A stretch of 64,000 bases of DNA from the NCBI GenBank assembly GCA_000165425.1, contig CT868097.1:378867-442866 (forward strand), written 5' to 3'. Position numbers and translations under genes: made by a program. The notes under the pieces are model-generated. The model saw only the letters and a program-made list of their open reading frames with translations. It ran no database searches and had not been told where the DNA came from. Source of the DNA: Paramecium tetraurelia. Its lineage: Eukaryota. Positions within the stretch are counted from its first letter, which is position 1. Each line of letters starts with the position of its first letter. Below, piece after piece: positions 12,492-26,665 of this stretch.

Positions 12492-14871
12492 TCAATCAAT
12501 TTTAAGATCTGTTTCTAGGTAAAGAAATTAATCTAATTAATTGTTTGCAAATCTATTATAATCAGTATTAGGTAATTAAATGTTCTGCAATTTACTTGCC
12601 CTTTTAACAGTCATATTATTTCCTTCAACTGATATGCTTCCTATTCGAATTTTGGAAACCTTTTATGGAGCATTATCGCAATCCTCCTTGAAATTTTTTT
12701 CAAGAGATATTAGTTCATTTGGAGAATCAGAAATTAGTTCATCTTTAATTTATTTTCCTGAATTCTTATCAATATTTTTCTCACTTAAAATTTAATCAGA
12801 AAAATAGTAATCTCGAGCATATGATATTGTATTTTTAATTTCTATAAACTTGATTCTGGATGGAACATGGCGATAATGCCTCTTAAAACTTTTTCTATTT
12901 TAATTTTGAGATGATATAAATTATCGTTTTATACATTTTAGCTTATTCGGTTAATAAGTTAAAAGAGGACAATTAATACTTTCATGTTTCATCAAACCAC
13001 AATAATAGCATTTTTTTTATAAATGAGAATAATCGTTATATAGTAGCATTGTATCTTTGATATTATAAAATTATTCTAGATCTTTTTAACAATCTTTTAA
13101 TATTTTTAAAAAGGTTTTTCTATTAATTTTAATAATTTATGTAAATCCTAAGCTTTAAGCATTTGTTTTTGTTTACTACTCTGTAAAAAAAGCATACTCA
13201 TTGAAAGTACAATTTTATTTCAAAATTTGAATTTAAGTTTATGACTATTCTTCATTAATTTATACTTATCCATAATTAATATAACAAAGAAAATGTTATT
13301 ATTCATTTTGATGATAAATATATTCACCTGGTGTATAATTTTAAATTTTTAAATGGTGAATTAATGCATTGAGAGTAGAATGAGAAAAATTTGATTATAG
13401 AATCTTAATCTTTTAGATCAACTTTTATGCTATGTCTCTTTTCATTTCATTTTTCAATCCTTTAGGCAAGTACTTAAGGGAATTCTCTGAATCTTCAAAT
13501 GAGTCTTATTCTCTTTAATGCAGGTATTTGATATAATTTCTAACCTTTTCAGAGATAGATTAATCTACCTAATTTTGTTGCATATAACTATTTATACTTG
13601 TAATAGTTCTCCTATTGTTACTAATAAACAAATACCTATAGTTTAATTTGCTATCATTAATACTTTTCAATATAATCCCAATAGAATTCATTGAATAAGC
13701 GAAAATGCAACTCGAGAAAATCATCATAATATTGGATGTCAAAATCTCATATTTGTTTCTAGCAGTTATATCGCCATACCCAACAGTAACCATCGTCATA
13801 GTTGCCCAATAGAAAGAATAATTATATTTTATACTAATAGACTCATTAATGAAACCATATTCTGTTAACCAAGTAGATTCTTCTAAATAACTACCTAGAT
13901 CCCCAACGAAATGCCAAATACATGCCATATAATGAGCAACATAGTAAATTTAGATGATGAGTATAAATAAGTCTAAAAAGTTGCTGAGATTGCCTTTATT
14001 ATAATAACTATCTATATAATACTCTGTTTTCCTTAGAAGAGAAATTATACAAGAAAAAACTAAAAATATCCCAAGTATCACTATATAGATTTAATCTTCT
14101 AATTTTTATTCTAGAAATATGAGGCTTATCCACGTTATCAACTGAATCAAATCCCCCATCAAACCAGATTTTACATACTGCCTGATAATCTTCTATCTAC
14201 TTGCTATATATTCTCCTTTATGGAAGATCTGTCGATTTAGAGTTATAGCTATATTAAATAGCGTAAAAATGGACAAAATCTCTTTGAGATAAATGATGTT
14301 ATAATTTAATCGATAAAAGCTAATGCTGAATGGCAGGAACCACAATGATAGAAGATATTGTATAATCATCAAGGAATCCCAGATTTTCATCTAAGGGCTA
14401 AAAGCTTCAAACACGGGTATGATTGATTGATGCGATTTATCTTAAAAATTATCAAGATTTTTATTTGATAAGAATTATTCAAATTGCATTATTTTGTCGC
14501 TAATTGTTGATAATATTATTTTACTAATAATCCTTCGATAATATGTAGGAATTCATAAATAAACTCTATTTAAATTGTTTGACAAGAATGTTTTTAGTAG
14601 CCAACTGATGCAATTTTTGTAGTGGATTTAATGGAGTCTTAGTTTTATGGCCTTCTAATTAGGTATCAGAATTTAAAATAATGGATTGCTATTACTGATT
14701 TTTCTTTAAGTTTTTTTCTATGGCTTCATTTCCTTCAGAATAAAGAGAGCAAACTTGAGAATCTGGTTAATTTATTCCGATGGTATTTTTTAATGATATT
14801 TATGGCCCTTTAGGTGAAGCTAAGATCTAAGGATTGGAATAATAATCTTCGCTATTTGAATGAGAGGACAT
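12492..14871 (-). CDS. Voltage-gated K+ channel, CNBD (EAG/HCN-like) family
   Basis: KIWDSLMII (S1), HYMACIWHFVG (S5), pore YWATMTMVTVGYGDITA, C-linker YMQQNQVDQSISEKVRNYIKYL, CNBD. First in-frame TGA at 12492-12494. Confidence 0.9.
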
Positions 14872-14917
14872 GAACAAAAATAGATTAATTAATTACGAAT
14901 TTAATTATTATATTTTA

Positions 14918-15445
14918 ATGAAATAATAATCAATATTTGTCACAGTTGGCAGCACCAACTTTGATGAATTGATAAAAGCAATTGATAATTAAGAAACTTA
15001 AAACTAATTGAAATAGTTGGGTTATAACAAAGTAGTTTGTCAAATTGGAAGGTTTATGATTCAGATTAATATTTTATAGTGGTAATTATGAACCTAAAAC
15101 CGAGTTTTTTAGATTCAAATCATCTTTGACTGAAGACTATCAAAAGGCAGATTTGATCATTTGTCATTGTGGAGCAGGCACAATTTTAGAGTGCTTAAAA
15201 TTGAAAAAAAAGATTATTGTAGTAAATAATGACACACTGATGAATAATCATCAAATGGAGTTGTTCAATGCTTTAACCAAATAACAATTGGTGTGTGGAA
15301 TAAAATCGACAGGATAAATATAAAGTGAAGTATTGTTTTTGAAATATACTAGCTAATTGATAAAATTAAAGAATCTTCTTAATTGAAAGCGTATCCATTA
15401 CCAGAACCTAATAAAATTGACAGTATTATTGATTCCATGTTTTGA
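14918..15445 (+). CDS. ALG13: UDP-GlcNAc transferase catalytic subunit ALG13
   Basis: IFVTVGSTNFDELI, CQIG, ADLIICHCGAGTILECL, VVNNDTLMNNHQMEL; two introns. Confidence 0.93.
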
Positions 15446-15559
15446 TATTATATATATATAAATAAATACAATTAGAGGAGATTGCTATTTAAGTGAGTAA
15501 TTGATCCCCCGTTATTTTAATTTATAAAAGGGGGTAACATTATATATAAAAAAGACCTT

Positions 15560-16479
15560 ATGGATTAAAAAACTAAAGTAGAAGTACATTATTAAAATAA
15601 TTAAGCAGGCTGATCAATGTGATCATCAACATAAGTATTTTAAATAGAGTGTGCCCTTACAATTGAGTTAAATTATCAATATTCGATTAAACTAGCCTCG
15701 CTAAGAAGAACGTCGATATCATTCAGAAACACTCAAATAAGTATGACATTTTAAGAAAAGTTATTTAGCAAGCTAAAGCTTTTAACATAAATAAATGGCA
15801 AGAAATGGTGGATAAGGAAGAATTGTACTAAATGTCATTGACTGGCCATTTGATCAAGGCAATTCAGTTATAAGATGGGAATGCCACCTTAAATAATCTA
15901 ATAAACGTTACAGAACCTTATCTTCCATTCTTGAGAAAGTAAAACGGAAAAAATTTTACAGGAATGGCTACTCGAACTGTGAAAGGATGCCTGTCTGCTG
16001 TAGTTTTTAAAAGAAATGATGAATCAACTTGGTCAGTAGATGAAACTAAAGTAGAAGAATTTATTAGTTAAGCTAATAAGAAGCTATTTTAATTCTTCGA
16101 GAAACTGAAGAAAAATTTTCCAATTTATGACATTATCAAATCAGAAAGCAATGGCAGGAAAACAAAAAAAAGAATAAAAATAGAATAGAGAAGAGATGAT
16201 GATTAATTCAATGAGAGATTTCAACCTGACTTTAATTAGAAATTAGATCCTTAAGACAATATTAAAATTGAGAATCACTATTAGAATTTTGATTAAAATG
16301 CTAATTCTAAAATAAACTCAGAGTGGCACTATTCAATAAGTGACAATATTTTTAAAAGTTTGTATTGTTTGAGATCAGGGGAAAAAATAGATGATCAATT
16401 CTTAGGTAATTTGATAGGATTCTACAATATTAAACATTAATTAGATAGAATGTCTGAATGCTAAAGATATATTGATTGA
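15560..16479 (+). CDS. Hypothetical protein with a forkhead-like winged-helix segment
   Basis: Two introns; SLTGHLIKAIQLQDGNATLNNLINVTEPYLPFLRKQNGKNFTGMATRTVKGCLSAVVFKRNDESTWSVDE. Confidence 0.65.
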
Positions 16480-16511
16480 TATCATTAACATGTATTATAT
16501 ATATAATTAAA

Positions 16512-16759
16512 ATGGGAAGTAATCAAAAAATAATATTCACAATACAGTTGATAATTAGAGTGTGCAACACTTAACAAATGACTCTAATTGTTAAGATATC
16601 CTACCAGATTTATATTTAGCAACACACCATCATAGTAAATAGGATGTTCCATAATGTCTATAAAATCAAAATTACCACCCAGCTAGAATTAAAATTAAAA
16701 AAGTTATTAAAGGATTCCTATAGTCTTGTATAAATAAAATGTAAGATTTCAGAAAGTGA
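16512..16759 (+). CDS. Possible small hypothetical protein
   Basis: ATG GGA A followed by a GT..AG intron-like segment and ~70 open codons. An unspliced alternative frame is also open; no homology recognised. Confidence 0.3.
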
Positions 16760-17116
16760 ATAACTTCAGAACATATAAATAGAAGTTGTTTTAGAATGTC
16801 TAAAGCCCATGTTTCAATTTAATATACTATAAATCAAAGTATAAGGTTAAGAGTACAAAAAATTAATAATTATTATATTATTGTTGATCAATATTAATAT
16901 TCTAGGCATTTACTATAAGTATGTTTATGGTGGATAAATGGATTAGAAAAGACTGTATTATTTATTTAAGTAATAAAGTGCAATTATTGATTTTGCCTTG
17001 CAAAAATAAAAAATGGTTAATTGAGATATGTTCTAAATATCCAATTAATAGAAAATAGGATTAACAGCTTTAGAATATTAATGAGAGGACAATGAAAATA
17101 ATTAATTATACTAAAA

Positions 17117-18024
17117 TCATTTTTTTTACTTTTATTTAGATAACTTTTAGATGGCATTTAAAGCTTCTTTTTATTTTTTTTCAGCTTCATCATCATTTTT
17201 CTGAGATTATTTAGATTATGATTATTATTGTTATGAAGTCTGTATTTGAGATAGTCGCTTTATGTGATCTTCTGCATAATAATACATCTCAGTTTAATTT
17301 TATTGAATTTAAAATTTTGAACCTTTCTTTTTATGTACTTTAAATCCAAATATTTTTGACACATATTCATTTGCTGGCTATGTAGGATTTAATTCCGAAA
17401 ATACAGATATAAAGATATGAGGGAATACGGAACCAAAAAATGAACCGTCAACATCACTCATTTATTTTTTTGGAGAATAAACATCCTAACATCTTGGACA
17501 AAATATCTAATTTAAATTCAAGTATTGTTTACTTTGACTCGAGAAGTTCTTAGATCATGGCTTAGACCTATTGGTAATACATTCTATCTCTCACACAAGA
17601 CTCTAGGACATACACCAAATCTCCCTTATAAATATTTGGATTTCATTAATGTTAAGCCTTAAGGAGTGATTATGAATCTTGCATGCAATAAACCATATAA
17701 TTCTGATGCTTCATTATAGAGTTCTAAAAATCTTAACTATAATTTTTCATTTAATACTAATCATCCTCTAAATCTTCATCTGTTGGAGTATTTGGTGATA
17801 AAATCATTTATAATGCTTCTCTAATTTATTAATTATTGATTTACTCAAAATGATCAAACAACTACTTCAATCCATAAAGATTAAATTAATCTGCTATAAA
17901 AAATTCATCAATTTCACAAAAAAAGTGATGGTCTTCCAAATTGCAATACCATTTAATCCATCCATTCTCATTTACAGAGATATCTATTGGAAATGAAAAT
18001 GAAACATTTACTGCTTTGAGACAT
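17117..18024 (-). CDS. CKB: Casein kinase II regulatory (beta) subunit, copy 1
   Basis: WIKWYCNLEDHHFFCEIDEFFIADQFNLYGL, LYGLLHARFIITPQG, FGVCPRVLCE, CPRC, DVDGSFFGSVFPH; four introns. Confidence 0.93.
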
Positions 18025-18084
18025 TTTGAATTTAAAATTAATAATAAATAAACATTCATCTATAATAAATAACTAAATTATCAA

Positions 18085-18868
18085 CTCAAAAACATGTTCC
18101 CAATTACTTTTTAATATTAATCCTTAACTCTAGTTCATTATTAATATCATCTAATGTTTCCATTTAGTTGTCTATGATCTAGAAGATACTTATGAAATAA
18201 TCTTCTAATCTAAACTTAAACAGAAATTATTATATTTTTCAACTTTACTTTCAAATAAAAATGGATATACCCTAATTTTAAAAGCCTTATCTTAGATTTG
18301 AATATTTGCTAAAACGTTTAAAATCTATATGATTATATGATGTTCTTAAAATTTGTTTTTTTTCTTCACTTTGGTTTTTGTAATTTAAACAACAAGGAAA
18401 CAAAGATAATTATTAGTCTACTTTCATTTATTGGTTTTATTATTTCAACTTTAAGTTAATGAACAATCAAAACATATGCTTCATATTTTCATTTATATTA
18501 TGTTATAAATCTACTTCTCTATCCCAATATTGCCCCAGAAATGGCATTTTTGTAGCTTACACTTTTCCATTGACAGTTTATAGTGTTTTCATTTCACTGA
18601 ATTTTTAAATCTTTTCCCTCTTTGTTTGTCTTAACATATTCATAGGCTTAAAGTTTAAATTAATTTCGTTATTATTACTATCATTTTAGTTGTATTAATT
18701 GTCGAACATACAATAATTAAATACAGAGGACTAGAATAAATAAGGGTAAATGCTTGATTAATTTAAATTTATATATAACCAAATATCCTAATCTTGAAGA
18801 GAGATTTATTTATGGTAAAAAATATAGATTTTATCAAATTGATAGGATTTAAATATCGAATAATTCAT
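18085..18868 (-). pseudogene. Degenerate or uncertain coding segment
   Basis: ATG at 18868 and one intron-like GT..AG, but the protein-like frames contain in-frame TGAs. Left boundary approximate. Confidence 0.3.
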
Positions 18869-18900
18869 TTTTACTTGAATTATATTATATTATAACAATT

Positions 18901-19795
18901 ATGAGCGCAAGAACTCCTATTCCAACATTCATTCTCAAAACTTATCAAATGCTTGAAGTAAACTCTATTAAATAGTTTTAAGGAACAAAAACATGCTCAC
19001 ATTGTCAGTTGGACTGCTTAGGGCACAGCCTTTATTGTATATAATCAGTAGAAATTGGAGAAGGAGCTTTTATAAAATTTCTTTAAGCACAGCAATTATT
19101 CAAGTTTTGTCAGGTACTATCCTATATTAATGGTATTTTAGACAGTTAAACTTATATAATTTCAAGAAAGTTCGATCAAATGACGGATAAATTTTTAAAC
19201 ACAAATGCTTTAGAAAAGGAATGAAGTATGTTCTTTTTTCTTAATTTTATTAGATCTATGTTATAATTTATTAGGAGGAGAAATCAAGAAGATCTTGTTA
19301 CTCCCGCTATTTAGGAAGAACCAAGTATTTAATTTTTCGTTATTTGATAGCAATTTAAATTAAGGAAGAATAGAACTTATTTAAGGAATGTGCCATAGAT
19401 ATCAAGGAGACAAATAATAAGTTGAAAGAAGATATGAAACTCCTCTAAGAAACATCTTCCTATCTAATTGACTAGATGTAGAACTTAAATCATGTAAGAA
19501 ATTATGACTATTATCAGTTTGTCTACAATTAAAGTGTTGACATTGAAGTCAAATTTAAATAAGTAGGCCAAATGCTGCACGCCATAAACGAAGAATTAAG
19601 ATAAGAAAGTATCATTATTTCAAATATTAAGATAAAAGTGATACTTAAACCAACAAGTTTTCAGAAGAATTCAAATAAATCAAGGAGGACGATTTTCAAG
19701 AATCTAAAATCGGATCTCCAAACCCATATGTAGATTACAACAGTATAGCACTTAATCCATTGGATTATGAGTGTTTCATAGACTCCTTTTTATGA
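18901..19795 (+). CDS. Heat-shock-factor (HSF) type DNA-binding protein
   Basis: IPTFILKTYQMLE, IVSWTAQGTAFIV, FFKHSNYSSFVRQLNLYNFKKV, FKHKCFRKG, then coiled coil; many short introns. Confidence 0.92.
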
Positions 19796-19855
19796 TCATC
19801 TTATAACTACAATTATATTTATAAATTTGATAATAATAATATATACTATAATTTC

Positions 19856-20446
19856 TCACACTTATCCACTGAAATCCTTATCCTTAAAATAATTATAAAC
19901 AATATAGATTTGTGCCGAGCTGATTACAATCAGTACTCCAACCTTTATAAGTGCATACCATTAAACGGATTTCTCTGTCTAATCCAATACTAAAGCATGT
20001 GTATTCTCCCTGTCAGATATCCAATGTTGATTTCTATAAATGTTTTAGAAATTCTTCTATGTATTCTATAACTCTTTTGACATTTCATCGAATTGTTCAG
20101 ATTATGCATATTCTTTATCAACTCCTTCAATATCAAAATCGAAGCTCACCATTTTATAACTCTTATCTCTGCTTTAGAAGCAAACATAATAATTATCCTT
20201 ATCTTTTAAGAGCTCCCTAATCCTTCCATCCCTTGAATTTTATATTTTTATTAGTATTTCTCCATCCTTCTTCCTAATAAAGACATCTGTCTAATTTTCA
20301 TCTAAACCTGAGACAATATAATTAACTGTTAAATTTGAATTTTCTTCAGGTGAGTTTACCAAAAAGCAACTTGGCTATTATGAAAGCTATGTTGACAATG
20401 ACTAACCTAATACTATTAAAGTTGATATAATTAATAAATATTTCAT
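19856..20446 (-). CDS. p24/emp24 GOLD-domain cargo receptor
   Basis: Signal peptide, SCF...YYVCF...VSFDF GOLD motifs, coiled coil, TM helix ending AQIYIVYNYF, short tail. Confidence 0.85.
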
Positions 20447-21206
20447 ATTTTTTATTTCAATTATTGCACAAAAAGATTAGCTTTAAATTGTGACTTCCTC
20501 TTCGCACAATTCCTTTTTTAAAAATCTTTAATTCATATTATACTTTATTCATTTTCTTTCATATTATGGACCAACTATAATTCTTAAATTAAATAAAATA
20601 TGTATAATCTAATGCGAAATTTAATAATCATAATTCTAAAAATGATAAAGAATAACTTTGATTAAGAAACAAAAATCAATAAACTCATTCATATAATCAT
20701 AATTAAAAAGTAAAAATATACATATTTTATTAATTTATTTTCTTTGTTTTGCAAAATGCTTATTAAGGAATTTTAATGAATATTTAATTAATATGAGATA
20801 TCTGGGGTGTGAAAATCTAGCCATTTTTATTATATTACATTAAAATCTTTGCTTTCTTAATGAGAATAAAAATTAATAATAGATTTTTTATCAAAATTTT
20901 TGTAACTTGGAGAGAATATTTTATATATTATCCACATTACAGTTTCATTTATAGAGAGCCTAAATTTTATTCTAAATTGATCTCAACTATTATACATCAT
21001 TAAGAATTACATAAATAAATTTATGATACTATAAATGGGACAAATGAGATACACTAAATTTTTTATGATATTTAAACATATTATGTATATTTTCTCAAAC
21101 ATTTTTATGAAAATAATGGAATTGAATTGAAAGTTAGTACAATTTTTTAGTTATATGGTTAAAGAACAAATTAAAAAGTAAAGATGGAAATAATTAAAAA
21201 CAAGAA

Positions 21207-21710
21207 TCATTCATTTCCAAAAATAAATGATTATTATTAAAGACATTTACTTGTATAAAGTTATTCTTGTGTTTTGATTCTTTCAAAGAAGTTATAGGCT
21301 TAAATAAATTAGTGTTTAAGCCAAACTTCTATTTTTAGATTATTATATTCATTCTAGTAATTCTGCATACTTTTGTAAAGGCATGGTTTTTTTCCATTTA
21401 GTACATCTGCCACTTAGAAAGGAACAGGTCTTTTATTGTTTTTATAATAATGTATTAAGGATTTAGCACTAGAATAGTTAAGTTTTAGATTGTCAGCAAC
21501 CTGATGTGATATTTTTATTAATTTTACTTCTTTGATTTATTTACCTTCTTAAAAAACTTAGACGAATAATAATTATTAGATTCTTATTGGTATTTTGTGG
21601 ATTTGTCTGGATGACTTTTTTGTATTCTTTCTCTTTAAACCAAAATTTGGTAATTCTGGATATTTTGAAATCGAATTATCAATAGAAGATTCTGGATTGA
21701 TGTTTTACAT
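21207..21710 (-). CDS. Small helix-turn-helix protein, tandem paralog A
   Basis: HKIPIRIQQLLFVQVFQEGKQIKE|VADNLKLNYSSAKSLIHYYKNNKRP; one intron. Confidence 0.8.
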
Positions 21711-22172
21711 ATTAAAGAAAGTTTAAGAAAGCAAATTTTAAAACTAAAATAATTATTATCAATTAATGTATATAATTACAACAATAATATTTATTTTGTC
21801 ACAATAATTTAGATTTTTGACATATTTTTGATTTATGCTAAAAATCAAATTTTTAGTAGGTTGAGTAATGGATATTGGATTATATTTCTATTTTATCACT
21901 CATTTTTTATTTTAATTAAATTTAAGATTTAAATTTTATATTATTTTATATTCATAAACAGAATTTTTCTCTTAAAGAAAAGCGTTATATACAAATATTT
22001 GATAAGTCAAGTTTAAACCATGGAAATCGAAAGATTTCACAAAGAATTACTTATTGAAATGATTGCTTAATGAATTAGAATTTTAGATATTTTAATATTA
22101 TATGAGTGACCTTCCTGGTTAAAAAATGTTAATTGAATATAAAATATATAATTAGAATCATGGTTTGATTCT

Positions 22173-22649
22173 TCAGATATTCTAAAGTGATTGCTATATT
22201 TTAAGTAACTAAAAATAATTGTATTTGTGAATGGTATTCTTTTAAACTTGAACGGAAACCAACATTTTGTCATTTCCACTTTTTGTTTTCCTTATCCCAC
22301 AAGCCTTATTTTAGTTCAAAATACTTGAAATAGCTGCTGGAATCGGTCTTTTGTTATTTTTATAATAATGAATTAGTGATTTTGCGCTTGAGTAATTCAT
22401 ACCTAAAGATTTGGCAACCTAATATTATAAACATTATTATACTTGCTTTATACGTCTTCCGTTTATAAACACCATTTAGAATAGAATAATTTAGGTTTTT
22501 AAAGGGATTTTGTGGTAACGTTTAGCGTCAGCAGTGGCCGTCTGATTTCCCCTTTGTTTTTTTAATTCAACTTTATATTCGGATGATTAGGATTGATTGT
22601 CCTCGCTTATTTCTGATTCAAGTAAATTTTCAAATGAAGTTTTACTCAT
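22173..22649 (-). CDS. Small helix-turn-helix protein, tandem paralog B
   Basis: HKIPLKTQIILFQMVFINGRRIKQ|VAKSLGMNYSSAKSLIHYYKNNKRP; intron at the same position as paralog A. Confidence 0.8.
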
Positions 22650-23125
22650 TTCAAAATATATAAGATAATTTTATTATTATATGATATGTCGTTGCCATAG
22701 ATGCTTATATATTATATAAATATAGTATAGAATAAATTCAAATTATATGCTCTTAAAAAAATTATAAAGCTTTTAACATCTAAAAAATAATTTATACTGA
22801 TTTATAGTTGTGAAAGTTACGAAAATAATTTCACAATCACAATTATAAATATGCTCAGACAAGTTAACTGCTATAACGCTAACATTAATTCATTATAAAT
22901 TATTATTTATATAATTAAATAAATTGTATTTTTTAATCCAGACAATATATGAGAATTAATCTTAATTAGATTAAGTTAATTTGATTAAAAGGATGCACTT
23001 ATAACTCTCATTTTTTCGCCTTGTTAAAAATCTAAAAGACTACTTTAAGTAATGTATTTAAATTTGTATGAATATTGTTTATATCAAACATAATATATAT
23101 CTATTTTAATATATGAATGTTTTAT

Positions 23126-24671
<1,546 letters not shown>

Positions 24672-25032
24672 TTTTATTTGATAAATTTATATTAGATATA
24701 AAATAAACTTTATTTAGTTCTAATTTCTTATTTTTTAACTCTTTAATCAGAAACAGTTTCTAAAACTCAATTCTTATAATATAAAGTAAATCTAACAGAT
24801 TTTTTTATAATGAATCCTAAATTTTTTATTAAATTCATTATAGGATCATTATTATTCTTATTATTTTTATTGTGAAAAATTAGCTCTTATGTTTTAAAAT
24901 TGTTGTTCTATAATGAAATTTATAAGTAATTTTGAATAATTTATGTTTAATTTTTGTAATAGTTGATTCATACATTATATAAGTGTTACTTTATTCGAAT
25001 AATTTTTATTATTATTTATATAATAAATTTAA

Positions 25033-25538
25033 ATGAACAAAATAATTATTTTGTCATTGATGACAGCATATGTTGTTGCAAATAACCAAAGCTATTATAG
25101 AAGATGTTCAAAAGCTGTTTGTGCTGTTCCCTATTAAACTTGCTAAAATGATGTTGCTTGCCAATAAACCTTCGCAATCTGTGAAGAATGTATGTAGTTA
25201 ATTAAAAGTTTTTAGAATGTTCTTCTGGATAAGAGAATTGCATTGAAACATGCCTATTGAGTTCAAATTCCTTAACTGTTTAGAGATTAGCCCTTTGTTC
25301 ATTGAATAATATGTGTATGAATTCTATGGATTGTAAGGCTGATATTACTTGTCCAGCTACTTGCAAGGAACCAGTAAAATTGGGAAATGATAAATGCAGC
25401 ACTCCATCTACTTATGCATCTTAAGAATGCATATCAGATTTCTTAATTTAAATTGGAAGAGATGAATGCGCAGACAGACTTTGTGTTTGCAAAACAGGAG
25501 GATCTTTAGAAGTTTTTATAACTGGATGTTATTGTTGA
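25033..25538 (+). CDS. Small secreted cysteine-rich protein
   Basis: Signal peptide MNKIIILSLMTAYVVA; roughly 20 Cys in ~160 aa; one intron; ends ...TGCYC-TGA. Confidence 0.85.
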
Positions 25539-26665
25539 TTATTATAAATATAAAATATCAAAATGCTAAAGTATCCTAAATCTAATTGTGCTTCTGATTA
25601 CTGTAATAATGTATTCAATAAGGCGAAAATCCATAGTGATATGATCAAGAGAGGAAATAGTATAATTACCCTAACAATCAACACTTATTATTTGAATTAA
25701 ATAAAATGCCTTAGGAGTAGCATTAAAGGGTAAGAATTAATTCGAAATTGGTAAGGAATAATCATGCATTTTTCTTATTGAAAAATTAAGGTAAAGAATT
25801 TTAATTTAAGTAGAAATATAGAAACTGTTCATTTTATAATATCATCCTCAAGCAATATCAATGGTAAATTGTAGTAACATAAAGAACAATAGATTAATAG
25901 TTGTAAAAAATGATAAAAAGAATTAGCAATCATATATATTAGAGAAATAAAATATTATAATTATTTTTAAGATCAATTAAGTATTTCTAAGCATCAATAA
26001 TAATATTTATAAAATCAAATAAAAATAATAGAGAGGCTGTGCAAAGAAATACAGTAACCATATATATATTATTAAATAAGTGAAAAATATTATAGAATTT
26101 ATAATGATTTATATATGTAAAATAATTGAACAAGATTAATTTGAAAATCATATATTAGTGTTCACTTTTGATTTCATACTACGATAGCACATACTTTGGA
26201 CTGTTAGAGCTGGAAATTTCAGCAAAATGATTGATATATAAGGAAAATTAGATTGCTGATCTACATGTTAAGGAAGATTAGCATTTTATGTTAAATTGCT
26301 TAAAAGTTAAGGAACTCTAAGGATAAGATGTCAGAAAGATGTTAAAATTTCGAAAGCACTAATATTAAGTATGCTTACAGATTATTTTTAATTCAATCTA
26401 AAAAATCAATTATAATGCATTTAAAAAGGAATGAAATAAAATAAATTTATATTTTATATTTTTACTTATTAAATATCATATATAATGTTAATGGAAGGAT
26501 GCATATGGAATTAGAAATAGTTTAGGTTTATTTCTTATAAATGAGAGATTGATAATGATAATCTGTGTTATTTTTAAATTAAAAAACTAAAAATAGTATG
26601 TCATGTGAAATATAAGCAAATTGATAATACGTAATTGTTTGATAAATTTAATTAAATATCTTATA

